A stretch of 64,000 nt of DNA from Malacoraja senta (lineage: Eukaryota): positions 345,092,001 to 345,156,000 of the forward strand of contig CM075977.1 in NCBI GenBank assembly GCA_038087875.1. The letters run 5' to 3'. Under the pieces are notes generated by a model that saw only the letters and a list, made by a program, of their open reading frames with translations, searched no databases and had not been told where the DNA came from. Of the stretch, positions 1-12,525 are shown in pieces (the stretch's first letter is position 1; every line of letters starts with the position of its first letter). Position numbers and translations under genes: made by a program.

Positions 1-1182
1 CTTTGTGAAGCAGAACCTCTCCTAGGCACTGCCAGCGGAGCCGTTCCCACAGGCCTCCCGCCTGCACAACTCCTCCTGGAGTGTCTCTGTGGAGCAGCCC
101 CTGTATGAGCTGCTCCTTTTGGATAACCGCTGGGTAACGGTATCCTGTCCTCGACGGGACTCTCGTGGCCCGACTCTGCGGAGTCTATAGCCCTTACAGA
201 CTTAGCTTATGCCTACCGCCCGACTGGCGTTGGCTGTGTACCCGGCTGGGCACTTTCCGAAGTCTGTCGCCGCACTGCTACCGGCTTGCGACTCCCCCGA
301 GGTGACAGGCTGCCTTTCAGAGACTGCATCCCGCAGCTCTCTCTCTCCTTGTCCGCAGCAGGCCTGCACCTTGAATTTTTTTACTTGTTCCTGTATTTTT
401 GGGGAAAAACATACAGCAACAATCTTTACTTTTTTCTAACTCCTCCAAAGTCTCCCCGACTTTGGTGGAGCTGTAACTACTCACCTGCAGGAGGAGCTCC
501 GTCCTCCTGCTGCCGTTCGCGCCAGTGCGTCAGACGTGTTATCCATAACTGCAAGTATTTCCCAGATGCAATAAGGACATTATTGGAATGAAAATGGTAT
601 ATTCTCACAAAATAATGTTAAAAATCCATTGCATTTGGTACACGAGGTACAAAAGGAAGATTTGATTAAATTGTATTACCAAATATTAAGGAGAATAAAG
701 GCAAGTAACATAAAATAGACAATATAATCCTTGTGGCCACATGAACTCTAAAGTAAAGTAGAAGTAAATTCAAAGTCATAAACGTAACAGTGACAGCAGT
801 AGGTTCAGCATGTTGATCTTTGTGCCTTCCACTGGCATCACTGCTCAACCTGCCAGGCACTACCCAGTCAGTCTTTAACATGTGGGATACATGTTAGCTG
901 TTTATACCAACCCAAGAGGGACTAGATCACTGAACAGCAGAGATGTAGTTAGTGTATTTCACTATGGAGAGAAGGTGCAGAGGAGTGCACCTGCATATTT
1001 GTGGATCAAGTGAGTCAGTTCACAAACAGAGATATATTATGGGAAAATCAAACATGTTTCACTTCACTCTTGAACACGGTGACATTCAGAGCTGCCACCC
1101 TACCAGGATATCTGATCAGACTTACTGGAAAAACTCATCAATCAATGGTATCGTGACAAACCAGTCATACAACAGCTTGATT

Positions 1183-1503
1183 GATTGAAAGAATGAAAGA
1201 TACAGCAAGGAAACAGGTCCCTCAGTCCACCGAGTCCATGCCAACTATCGATCACCTGTTCACACTGGTCATCCCACTTTCATATCCATTCCCCACGCAC
1301 TAGGTATAACTTATAGAGGCCATTTAACCTACAAACCCGCACATATTTGGGAGGTGAGAGGAAACCGGTGCATCCGGAGGAATCCCACACGATCACAGGG
1401 AGAACGAGCAAACTCCACACGGACAACATCATAGGTCAGGATTGAACCCGGGTCTCTGATGCTGTGAGGCAGCAGTTTTCCCAGCTGAACCATTGTGCTG
1501 CCC
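1183..1503 (-). mobile_element. HE1-type tRNA-derived V-SINE
   Basis: Reverse complement of the tRNA-like head, central GGAGTTTG..TTCTCCC domain and CR1-like tail shared with the other copies. Confidence 0.85.
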
Positions 1504-1845
1504 AGTTTACAGTAATATATATCCAGAATCTTGTTGATGCAAAGTGTATAGTTTACACTGGAATCATCTCTGTAGGTTGTTCCTGTAATGAGGCAAGAAT
1601 GTTCATTGAAATCCCAGGGAAATATAGCAGTGGAATCTACAGCACCTCTTCTTGCCCTCCATACTACCGCCATCTGCTGACCTAACAGCATTGCTTATTT
1701 TTTAATTGGTTTACCCTTCGAAAGAATATGTGTACATTGAGCTTAACAAAAGCTTTTAACGGAAACAATTCTCACAGGAAATAAATCCAGATATCCAGAT
1801 TTGGAATACCTTTTATAACAGTATTGAACCATTTTGATGATGTAG

Positions 1846-2050
1846 GATAGACACAAAATGCTGGAATAACTCAGCGGGACAGGCAGCATCTCTGGATAGA
1901 AGGAATAGGTGATGTTTCGGGTCGATAAGAAGGGTCTCGACCTGAAACGCCACCCATTCCTTCTGTCCGGAGATGTTGCCGGTGCTGCTGAGTTACTCCA
2001 GCATTTTGTGTCTATCTTCGGTTTAAACCAGCATCTGCAGTTCCTTCCTA
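1846..2050. mobile_element. Fold-back (inverted-repeat) element derived from a Penelope-like terminus
   Basis: GATAGACACAAAATGCTGG...CCAGCATTTTGTGTCTATC arms (1846-2016); centre partly deleted, remnant AAGAAGGGTCTCGACCTGAAAC. Confidence 0.8.
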
Positions 2051-3117
2051 TAACAGGATGATGTAGGATTACAGTTTTGAAAAATTGCCGAAAAATACAA
2101 ATAGTTTCCTGTACTCGCTCGTGAAAAATCAGATATAGTGAATAGCAGCACGTCTGCTGCAAACTTTGGTTTCCTTAAGTTGTTCCTGAAGAATTTCTGT
2201 CATACAAGATTTTCCAAAAGGATAACATCCCTTTAATGAAGCCATCTAGTAATTTTCTGTCCCACTGAATGACAGAAACCAGCTGCTGTTATATTAGTCC
2301 AAATGTTGGACCTGGTGTAACCTAACACTAAACATTGTGCTGTCCGCCATCAAGATGTTCTTTACAGCTTCCACTTTCCATCCTGCAACATGTTTACAGT
2401 ATTTATTTTCAATTTTTTGAACAGAGAAGTGAAATATGAAACCAGTAAAAGTGTTCCCTTATTCCATTTTTAACATTCGAAATTGACTGAACATTTAGAA
2501 AACTTTGTGATTCAAATTTCTTCAGACTTGTTGTTTACCGTGTCCCAGTAAATTCTCCAGCAGTATAGGGGGAAAAAATGTTCACCCTGTTCAGCACTGG
2601 TCGATAAACAATCTGTTATCTACTGCTCACCAGGGAATACTTAGTATGGTTCCAATAAGTTTAGGAGCTTTGTCAATGTCATTCTTTAGCAGGAACTATG
2701 TTCATTTGTTCCTTCTTATTTTATCTGTGGTCAATGACATAAAAATGATAGTGCAGTATTAATCAACACAACCTTTGCCTGGTAAGGCTACAGTGTGCAG
2801 TGTAATTTGTAAGCAGCTCACTTGTACTTTATTTCCTTGTGACGACATGCAAATGTAGTCACGGCGTTGTATGTTCGCCAGTAAAAACAACCAAAGAATG
2901 CACTTTAATACTCCAGTAGACCAGTGTATCGCCCAACCCTGCCAGCACAGGGCCAGTGCAGCCAACGGAACAACAGCTGTGAGCTGCCAAGGATCTTGAA
3001 CATCAAATTTTGTTGCCAAGGTTTTATCTTGTCCCCAACTTTTAAAACTTGACAAAGTGCGCAAAATCAGAATTCATTTTCATGATCATTAAATTCAACA
3101 GAACAATCTATTGGGAG

Positions 3118-3405
3118 ATAATAGACAATAGACAATAGGTGCAGGAGTAGGCCATTTGGCCTTTTGAACCAGCACCGCCATTCAACGTGATCATGGCTGA
3201 TCATCCCCAATCAGTACCCCGTTCCTGCCTTCTCCCCATATCCCCTGACTCCGCTATTTTTAAGAGCCCTATCTAGCTCTCTCTTGAATGCATCCAGAGA
3301 ACCAGCCTCCACCGCCCTCTGAGGCAGAGAATTCCACAGACTCACCACTCTCTGTGAGAAAAAGTGTTTCTTCGTCTCCGTTCTAAATGGCTTACTCCTT
3401 ATTCT
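3118..3405 (-). mobile_element. CR1/HER1 LINE 3' end
   Basis: Reverse complement of the RT C-terminus (FSQRVVSLWNSLP-like), 3' UTR and (AATAGAC)n tail. Confidence 0.88.
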
Positions 3406-3699
3406 TAAAGATGAATTAATGTCACCCTCTTTGCAGTTAGACTTAAGACAAAGTTACCTTCAAAGATGATTCTCACTGGAAATTCTATTAAAGGGAATAA
3501 AGTGGGAAGAGAGGGGGGAGTATCAAGACCTAGTTCACAAGACATGATAAAATCTTGGCAACAAAATAGGATACTTGGGACTGAAGCAATCAAATCACCA
3601 GTAATAATTTAATTCTGATCTTAAAAATGAAACTGGCAGCGTCTATTGCAAGGACACTAAAGGCAGCAATAAGAATTATCTCTCAGTGCGTGTCATGAC

Positions 3700-4165
3700 A
3701 ATGCAGGAGAGGGAATTACACATCTCTTACGCATATAGCATGGTGGCTGCAGTGGGGCTTTCACTCGTGATCCCGTGCAATGCAATATGATGGCAGGAGT
3801 GCATTCTCACTCCTGTGCATGGAATAACATGCCAGCAGCAGGAATTCTGACATGTGCATGGAATCTGATGGCAACATTGGTAATTCTTGCTCTTGTGCAT
3901 GGACTATAACGGCAACCTTGGGAATTATTGCTCCTGTGCATGGAATATGTTGGTAGGATTGGGAAGTCATTCTCACTCTTGCGCATGGAATATGATGGTA
4001 GCTGTGGGAATTTGATCTTGAAGTATCATGATTTCTTTCTGCCTTGAAATATATGGGGAATATTTATAATGCAAAGTGGCAATTCTTTCTCATCTGCACG
4101 GAATGTGCCGGCACAGTGGGAATTTTCCAATATGGCAGAGAATATAATGGCAGCATTAGGAATTC
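3700..4165. repeat. Diverged ~41-bp minisatellite
   Basis: TGTGCATGGA anchors at 3814, 3853, 3894, 3935 and a variant at 3980. Confidence 0.8.
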
Positions 4166-4207
4166 TAACCCAAGTTCCTTAATGGAGCTCTTCAACACAG
4201 TGTGGAA

Positions 4208-4521
4208 ACAAAGAACTGCAGATGCTGGTTTATGCCAAAGATAGACACAAAGTGCCGGAGTAAATCAGCGGGTCAGGCAGCGTCCTGGAGGAAAAGGATG
4301 GGTAATGTTTCGGGTCCGTACTTTTCTTCAAATCAGAACGTAGAGGGTTTGAAAAACTGGAGGCAAGAAAAGGCCAAGACCAACTTTTTTTCTCGCCTCC
4401 AGCTCTTTAACCGCCCTCTGTTTCAATCTAAAGAAGGGTCCCAACCCAAAACATCACCTACCATTTTCCTCCCGTGATGCTGCCTGACCTGCTGAGTAAC
4501 TCCAACACTTTGTGTCTATCT
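4208..4521. mobile_element. Penelope-derived fold-back element with a longer inverted centre
   Basis: Same arms as 1846-2050, more diverged. Confidence 0.75.
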
Positions 4522-4957
4522 ATTCAGTCTTCATCACAGTTGTTTTTCAGAATGATTTTGGTGTCAATGATTATTGTGTTGACTCAGAATGGAGACCATT
4601 GAAGGAACAGTTCCTCATCCTGTGCCTGTGGATGTTCATCATCCAGTTGCTCAAGCAAACCTTGAAGGGGATGAGATTGTGCCTTTTGTGAGGGCCTCCT
4701 TAAAATTTGAGCCAGTTTAGAAAAGTGATCTTGTTTTCTATCCTTGATTATTATTCCGTAATCCTGGCTGGAACTGTGAGTTCTGTTGTTGAATTATCCA
4801 TGATGGGGCAACTATATAAATAGACAGAGCCCACTTGGTTGCCGTGTAGCAATGCTGCAGTGTTGCTAAAGCCTGAAGGGACAAAGGGAGACTGAAATAA
4901 CACCTTAACTCTCTGCAAACAAACTATTTCATTCATTTATCATCCGAACGTTTATCC

Positions 4958-5500
4958 TCATACAGTAAGGAAACAGCCCCTCCATCCCAACTTGCCCACG
5001 CCAACCAGCATGCCCCATCTACATTAGTTCCACCTGCCTGCATTTGGCCCTTACCCCTCTAAACCTAGGCTATCCATGGACCTGTCTAAATGTTTCATAC
5101 ATGTTGCGATAGTACCTGCCTCAACTACCTCCGGCACTACCTCCTGTCGGACCATTGAATTAATGGTAAACATTCCGTTTGTATCTATTAGGGCTATGTA
5201 TTTTAAGTTGATTTGGTCATTAGGGCATAAGGATTGGGAATAGAATGAAGCCATTCAGCCCATCAAGTCTACTCTGCCATTCAATCATGGCTGATCCATC
5301 TCTCCCTTCTAACCCCGTTCTCCTGCCTTCTCCCCACAACCTCTGACACCTGTACTAATCAACGATCTATTTATATCTGTCTTAAAAACATCCACTGATG
5401 GCCTCCACAGACTTCTGTGGCAAAGAATTCCACAGATTCTCCACCCTCTGATTGAAGAAATTTCTCCTCATTTCCTTCCTAAAAGAACATCCTTTTAATT
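4958..5500 (-). mobile_element. Two CR1/HER1 LINE 3' fragments (about 4958-5140 and 5240-5500)
   Basis: Similarity to the other CR1 3' ends in the window. Confidence 0.8.
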
Positions 5501-5949
5501 TGCACAATTAATGTGCAGGTAAATTCAGCCGTAGCTTCTGTTGGCCACATCAAGCCTGGCACACAATCTTGGAGATTGGCAATTGGGGTTCAGTGCAGCC
5601 ACTTCACCTCAAGTCAGACCCAGACCGTGAGCACCATTGCGTTGGGTCTGAACTGTGACCCCACCCTGCCCTAGAATGTTGGGCCAGGACTTCTCAACCT
5701 CGTCCACATCGAACTCCACCATCAATTCCCTATTCTGCTCCTCATCCATCCCATAAAATTTCAGATCCCTGGATCACCACATGTAGCATAATCTTCATTT
5801 CTTCGTGCTTATCTCAGATCTCTGACCCTGCCTCCTCCTTCCTGCCCCACTGATGGCAGGAGCCGTCTGTGCCTCTCTGTCCTCCAACTCCAAGCTCTAC
5901 GACTGTAGATAAGGAACCTGACTGACTGAAGGTAACTGAGGCACCTGTG

Positions 5950-6205
5950 AGAGGGACCGACTGGTGGGAGGTGTGTGGAGGAGGGAGCAAGGCAGAAGAA
6001 AAATATCTGTAGAAGAGGAAGGTGAGAATCTGGAGTGGGAAGGAGGAGACTGTTGGGGAAGAGGGAGGGGAGAGTGTGTAGGAGTGTGAGAGGGAAGTTA
6101 GAATGTGACAGAGGAAGCAATGAGAGTGTGTTAAAGAGACAGAAGGAAAAATGGAAGGGGTGAGGGAGTGTAGGATGCAAGAGAGAGAATGATTATGCTC
6201 AATCG

Positions 6206-6237
<32 letters not shown>

Positions 6238-6370
6238 CCTCCCCCCTCTCTCCCCCTCTCCCTCTCTCCCCATCTCCCACTCTCTACCTCTCTTCCTCTC
6301 TTCCTCTCCCCATCTCCCCCTCTCTACCTCTCTTCCTTTCCCACTCCCTCACTCTCTCTCTTCCTCATTC
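5950..6370. repeat. Purine-rich tract followed by a (CT)n / CT-rich low-complexity tract
   Basis: G/A-rich 5950-6190, C/T-rich 6205-6370. Confidence 0.85.
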
Positions 6371-7882
6371 TGATTCTATTCGCCTCCTCACTGCACTTCT
6401 CAGGCTCCAACTTTTTTTTCTGACTTGCAAGCTCTAGCTCAAAAAAAGTTTTTCTTAGTGTGCAAGCTGAGAAGTGAGTGTAAGTAGACTTTTATAACAA
6501 ACCCTCTGCAATCTGTTGCCAGTGATAGAGCAAAGGAGGGAAAATTAGAACTATGCAGAGATCTGAATTTGTACTAGTGACTGTTTACGGAAATAACAGA
6601 ACTTCAAATTATATTATTAGAAGTTACTCATGCAAAGCATTTCACATTGTACTTTTCAAAATTGAAAGTGAATGCGCCCTTCTTTGAAACATTTCAAAAT
6701 TTGGCACTCTATGTCATGCAATTAAAACTGTTTCACTTGGACTTCATTCTTCTTATCACTCAATGGTCCTATTATAGATAGGACGTCTAATTAAATATGC
6801 TTAGGAGGTGTTTGTAAGAATCAGTCCTCTTCATTGATTTCCATTCAGCATCATTTGCCTGTTACTGCTGAGTGAATTGGACCCATGTGCTCTGAGGTTT
6901 AGAAGAATGAGAGGCGATCATGTTAGATGATGTGAGAGTGTTTATTCTGATGGGGAAAACCAAGAACTATTGGGAGGGAAGGGGAGGGTGTAATGCCAGT
7001 GTTATAAAATCACCTATTTAAGAATAGCTTGGGAGAAATCTCTTCTCTCAGAGATTGTGAATCATTGGATTTTTTTTTACCCCATAGACCTGTTGAAGCT
7101 AAGATATCCGATATATTCAAGATGTATAGATTTTTGGACCAGAGGGAAATTGAGGTTTATGGGGCATAGACAGGAAAACACAGCTCAGACCACCATTCAG
7201 ATCAGCCATGATCTCATTGAATGGTGGGACAAATATTGAGCACCATATGGCCAACTGCTGCTGCTGTTTCATATTTTCTTATGTTTTCCTCCTGGATTTG
7301 CAAGCTTTGCATGTGTCATTGCCAGTGGACGGATCTTGCAAAATACACCAGAATTTGGGCTCTCTGTATGCAGACAAAACCCTGTGAAGATTATCCTGGC
7401 TGCATGCAATGGCAGGTCTAGGATTACTCACAAAAATAAAACAAATGCTTCCAGCTGGCAGTAGCCCTCCTGGGGTGGCACAAGTGAGATGTAAACTCCC
7501 ACACATATTCATGAAACTAATATAAAACACAGCATGCAATTGTGCAGAACTCGTTGTTTACGCAAGTGCTTGTGAATATATAATTTTATACACTAGCTGG
7601 ATTCGTCCACTGTAGATTAATTATAAGCTAGAGAATAAAGCTGTACACAGTTCTCACACTTATGCATGAGTACCAGTACATTTGTTTATGTATGTAGTGT
7701 GAGTGTATCTGTGTGTGCATTTGTGCGACCGTGTATTTGTGCTTGTGTGTGCATGTGTGGCGCATGCACATGCACAAGTGCCTCAGTGTAATGTTGGCCA
7801 GTGGGACAGACCTATATTCTAAGGACTAGCCATGCACATTCTGGTGGATGCTGCATTTTATCCTCTGTTTTTGAGCCAGTTA

Positions 7883-8419
7883 AGGGGCTGTCCCATTGCG
7901 GCGACCTAATCCGCGAGTTCTGGCGAGTTTGCCCTCGACTCATACTCGCAGCATGGTCGACACGAGGTCCTAGGAGGTCTTTGTAACTCTCCTTCATGCT
8001 CGAGGGTAGTCCCCGTGTACTCAAGGCTTCAGCTAGGTCGCGGCGTATTTTTCAACATTGAAAAATGCCTGCGAGTAAAAAAAGGTCGCCATGGAAAAAA
8101 TTGATACTTTTGTTACTCGTAGTTTAGTCATAGTAGGTTGGCAAGTTATTCGTAGGTAATCGAGGGTAGTCGAAGGTAGTCGTAGATAGTCTTCAACATA
8201 GTCAAAGGGAGGTCGAAGGGAGGTCAAAGATCGAAGGAGGTCGTCTTCACTCTCCACTATTCGGAGTCCAATTTTCCCGAAGCTAGTCGAAGCTAGTCTT
8301 CAACATAGTCGAAGGAGGTCTTCTACATAGTCGAAGGAGGTCTTCAACATGACATTTTTTCAAACTCTCCTAAACTCTTCTAAACTCGCGAATTAGGTCG
8401 CCGCAGTGGGACAGCCCCT
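7883..8419. mobile_element. Non-autonomous TIR DNA transposon (MITE A)
   Basis: ~37-bp TIRs AGGGGCTGTCCCAYTGCGGCGACCTAATYCGCGAGTT with 2 mismatches; TA/TTAA on both flanks; no transposase ORF. Confidence 0.9.
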
Positions 8420-10610
8420 TAAGAGGTAACAGCCTGAAAGACAGGAGCTTACAAAGCAGATCAATGTTGTTCCAAAAGATCTTCGGACCATGCTGCTAAT
8501 GCGCTGTGAGAGAGTTAATCAGTTACATAAAATCATTTGCTGCAGCAAGGAATCTTTTGAGTTAGTTTGTCTTTCAGAAAGTGGTGGAAGAAGATTCAGC
8601 AGTAACTTTCAAAACCAAACTGGATAAATATTTGAAAGGGGAAAAACATTTACTGGGTGGTGTGGAAAGAGTAGAAGGTTGAGACAAATAAGGCTACTCA
8701 GTTGGCCAAACGTGATGTAGTGAACGGTGAAATGAGTAATTTATTATTCATTGGTATTTGTCCTTAGCAGTATTTTTCATTAACGGCATCAATGTTGCCT
8801 TTGGCTTATTAATGCCACTCCCTGTTCAAATGTAAGGTATCTAAGAATCAATTGCAGTTTCTCTTGTTACGACATGGTGATTGTTAATGATCAACTGTTG
8901 GAAGTCAAGTGTTTATTAACATATCAGGACTCCAATGAAGTTGCATTCAACAGGGTACCAGTGTAGCATTTACATTGTTTCTAACTCAATAATTAATGCA
9001 GCACGAATAGGCCGCAGGGGGACGAACATGCAGGTAAATAAGATATACAATGCATGAAAGCGCAGGGCTGATAAAAGTAAAATGTTAACGAGGACGCAGT
9101 GTTTTTGTGCTGAGCAACCACCTGGTTTTCAAAAAACTAAAAATGTTAAGAAGAGAGAAAGTAAAATCCACAGTTACGTGATCAGTGGAAACAAGATGAG
9201 ACACTAAGTCACTTCACCCAGCTTGAGCTGGGCTTTTACCTTGTGCAAAATATTACCTCAGCTCCTATCTATAAACTAATTCATACAAACAGCGATCTTG
9301 ATGGGAAAGATAATCCAATAATGTGTTGAAAACTTTGGCATTAGCAAATGGAGAAAATCTTTAGGTACAGAACTGCCATTTGCACCTCTCACTGCTTGCG
9401 ACAAATGACTCTTTTTTCATCTGCACAGTATGTAATTCAATGACATTTTCTCAACATCTCAAATGCATCTCACATTTCCCATGTAAGTAGCCATTTGTGC
9501 ATCCCCTTACTTGAAATATCAGTCTCATGCTGAGGGAGAACAAAAGGGTTGGGACAGACATAATGGCATTAATTTTTCAATTGGATGGTACTTAACACAG
9601 CAGCTGTTGCAGTTTTCATTTGTTGGTACGAGCTGTTAGGGATATTTTGTGAAGAACTTGGAAGTAAAAGGAGAACCCATGGTGGAGTTTTCATTTGCGG
9701 TTTAGTTTGTACACATCTGGATTGAACAGAAGTGTGTCTGCTTGAGAATAAATCCAAAGTGTGCATTGAAGGATGTGCTGTCTCCTGACATACCAGAGTC
9801 ATGCAGTTGCATCAATAAAGCTTAGCACCAAGTCTGGAAGAGCAAACACAGAAGCCAATGTTGAACTAAAGTTTTCCGATGCACTAGGAAAAATATTTTC
9901 AGAATTACATAAAAAGTAAGGAATTTTCCAAATGATGACAATAAATGAATATTTATTTAAGCAGCTCTTCAGTCAAATTTTGGGGGGGTGTTTCTTTTCA
10001 TTTGGAGCAATTGATCAGAAAGGGATCAGTTCTGGCATGTAGTCTGATCCCATATTTTAAGCATGTCCTTCGATATGTGGAGTGGATAGCCACAGGAAAC
10101 TGGAACTGAACTGGTCACTGTTACCCTGATTGGCAGTCACCATCAGGCTAAATAAATCCCTGGCCTGTCAAGCCTGAAGGCAGAGGCACAGCCAAACATA
10201 GAGATCCTCCCATTACATTGTCAGCATGGCACACTGCCTATGGCCAGAAAAAAAGCTGCAACTGGGAGTATGTGAAAGGCCATACAAGGTCTAATTTCAC
10301 CTTAGGGTACTTTTCAAGAGCTCTTGTTCATCCCTGACTGAGGAACTTGGACATTTGACCTATGCTCTAGCCTCCCACTGATGACGTTGCAATAGACCAA
10401 CACTATCCAGCTACTTCCACCTCCGCAACGCCCTTCCCCTCCCCTCCCCGGACCTTCCCTCTGCCTTCCCTTTCTGATGTGACACAGCATTGCCCCTTGC
10501 AACTGTAGTGAAAGTTGAGTTGGCAGTGCCTGTCTCGGAGCTGCATGCTGGCTCTCAAGCACTTTCTGTAGGTCTGAGGTCACAAAGAGCACAGTGCTTC
10601 AGAGTCATAA

Positions 10611-10745
10611 GTAAAACACAAAGTGCTGGAGTAACTCAGCGAGTCAGGCAGCATCAGTGGAGGACATGGATGATGGCCTGACCAGCTGAGTTACTTCAGC
10701 ACTTTGTGATTTACTCAAGATTCTAACATCTGCAATTCCTGTGTC
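10611..10745. mobile_element. Short, centre-deleted Penelope-derived fold-back element
   Basis: CACAAAGTGCTGGAGTAACTCAGC...GCTGAGTTACTTCAGCACTTTGTG. Confidence 0.7.
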
Positions 10746-10787
10746 TCCAAAGAGAGTCTTATCCAAGCATTGGCTGTAATAATACAG

Positions 10788-11094
10788 GCAGCACAGTGGC
10801 ACAACAGGGCGGCACAGTGGCACAGCAGTAGAGTTGCTGCCTTAGAGCGCCAGAGACCCAGATTCAATCCTGACTAAGGGTATACGGAGTTTGTGCATTC
10901 TCCCTGTGACCACGTGGGTTTTCTCCGGGTGCTCCAGTTTCCTCCCACACTCCAAAGACATACAGGTGTGTAGGTTAATTAGCCTTGGTAAATTGCCCCT
11001 GGTATGTAGAATAGAACTAGCATATGAGTGATCATTGGTTGACAAGGTGGGTCGATGGGCCTGTTTCTACGCTGTATCTATAAACTAAACTAAA
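10788..11094 (+). mobile_element. HE1-type SINE with duplicated 5' head
   Basis: GGCACAGTGGC head repeated, B-box-like GATTCAATCC, (TAAAC)n tail. Confidence 0.9.
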
Positions 11095-11609
11095 TAAAGG
11101 AATAAAGTGCTCTGACTCTTCTCATGTCCTCTGCCTTGGGAGACATACTGTTTCCAACCTGAAGCTGCTTCACTGTAAAAGCTGGAATTCTATGACATCC
11201 TGGTCAAAAACAGCTCTCCAACCTAATTCCTCATCCCAGTTCTTGTTCTGTAGTCTTGTAAGATTCACACATCAATTGCTCAGATGATTGTGTCCTGGTG
11301 CTAGCTTGGTGATGAGACTGCAATCTCTCCCTCTCTTTGCTGCGCACTGTATGCTTCAGATTTCACGGCTGTTTGAGGTTGGCTGAGGTCATAACACGCA
11401 TCTATTTGAAGTGAAAGTAGTTCTTTATAATGCAGTTTTTGCACATACATCTTGTGGTGTATTCACTTATCATTAATCACCAAACCTTTAGCCCATTAAC
11501 TACTTGGATGGCTACTTAATTTAAAATCAACGTTTTTTTTTGCCAAGCTAAAAGTTTAAATCCACATTGAAGTTTGAATGTATTGTTAACTCTGCTCTTT
11601 GTATTTTAG

Positions 11610-11672
11610 GGGGAGCCAGGCTTTTGGGGTCCTCAGGGAGAACCCGGGTTGCCTGGGTTACCAGGAACAAAG
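11610..11672 (+). CDS. COL25A1: COL25A1 exon, 63 nt: GEPGFWGPQGEPGLPGLPGTK
   Basis: ttttag|GGG...AAG|gtgagg; 7 Gly-X-Y triplets. Confidence 0.95.
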
Positions 11673-11850
11673 GTGAGGTCAACATATCGTGTTCAAAATG
11701 TCTGAACATACTGGTCTTGGGTTTATTGAGGGGTCCACTGACCAATGACCCCTCAATAAGTTGGAAGGTCGGGAATTGGCAATATAATTGTTGAAGGAAA
11801 TTGGAGCATGCATATCTGTAACTCTGCATGTTTTCTGTTGTGATAAACAG

Positions 11851-11919
11851 GGAGAGAAAGGAGATGGAGGGCCACCTGGAAGAGGTGAAATCGGCCTGCC
11901 TGGATCTTCAGGCCCCAAG
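11851..11919 (+). CDS. COL25A1: COL25A1 exon, 69 nt: GEKGDGGPPGRGEIGLPGSSGPK
   Basis: aaacag|GGA...AAG|gtcagc; contains the GR-GE two-residue imperfection recalled from collagen XXV. Confidence 0.95.
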
Positions 11920-12418
11920 GTCAGCTGAGTTTTCTAACCAGGAAACATGTGCTCACATTCATACAGTGTACAAAGCTCTAATTAACTCTCTTGCCTTAAA
12001 TCACATAACTTCCTGAGCTCCAACATTAGTCCTGCACAGAAAATGTGTTGTTGCTTTCTGTCCAGTGTTTACTGGGTGTTCATTCTCGACACTGCTTCCA
12101 CTGTTAAACTACCACAGGAGACTATTGACCACCATGCCTCTGTTTCTTTGGATGTAGTTTGATGGCAATACTGTCTGAATGGAACAACTTGTTCTCGATT
12201 GAAATTTCAGGCCTGCACAGTTTTTGGTGCAAATTGCCTCGCTGTGCTGTAGAATGACTAGATCACCTGGTTTTTCATGATTGCAAGAAGCAGGCCTTCC
12301 AAGTTAAGGAAATGGATCATTCGCCCATAAATTTTGCCACCTGTTTAATATGCCAATGGGATGTTCAGAACGTAGCTATTTATGGAAAGTGATCTTTCTT
12401 TGAGGCCATGTGTATGAA

Positions 12419-12525
12419 GATAAACACAAAATGCTGGAGTAACTCAGCAGGACAGGCAGCATCTCTGGATGCATTCTCTCAAAATGCAAAATGCCATGTG
12501 TTACTCCAGCATTTTGTGACTATCT
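12419..12525. mobile_element. Short Penelope-derived fold-back element
   Basis: CACAAAATGCTGGAGTAAC...GTTACTCCAGCATTTTGTG. Confidence 0.7.

Noticed and set aside
3700-4165. CRISPR-like array (also 13090-13440 and 8130-8350)
   Set aside because: Vertebrate intron, no cas genes, and the units are degenerate tandem copies rather than identical repeats with unique spacers.
6189-6437. 82-aa Ser/Leu/Pro ORF as an alternative signal-peptide exon
   Set aside because: Translation of a CT microsatellite; stops at 6437 before the donor at 6480.
1-11609. Further upstream collagen exons
   Set aside because: No AG-GGN..GT Gly-X-Y segment found by eye; candidates near 2776, 8954 and 9011 do not keep a Gly-X-Y frame. 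A very short exon could have been missed.
11679-11918. Minus-strand Pro/Gly-rich ORFs (also 27736-27939 and 31441-31710)
   Set aside because: Antisense shadows of the + strand collagen exons.
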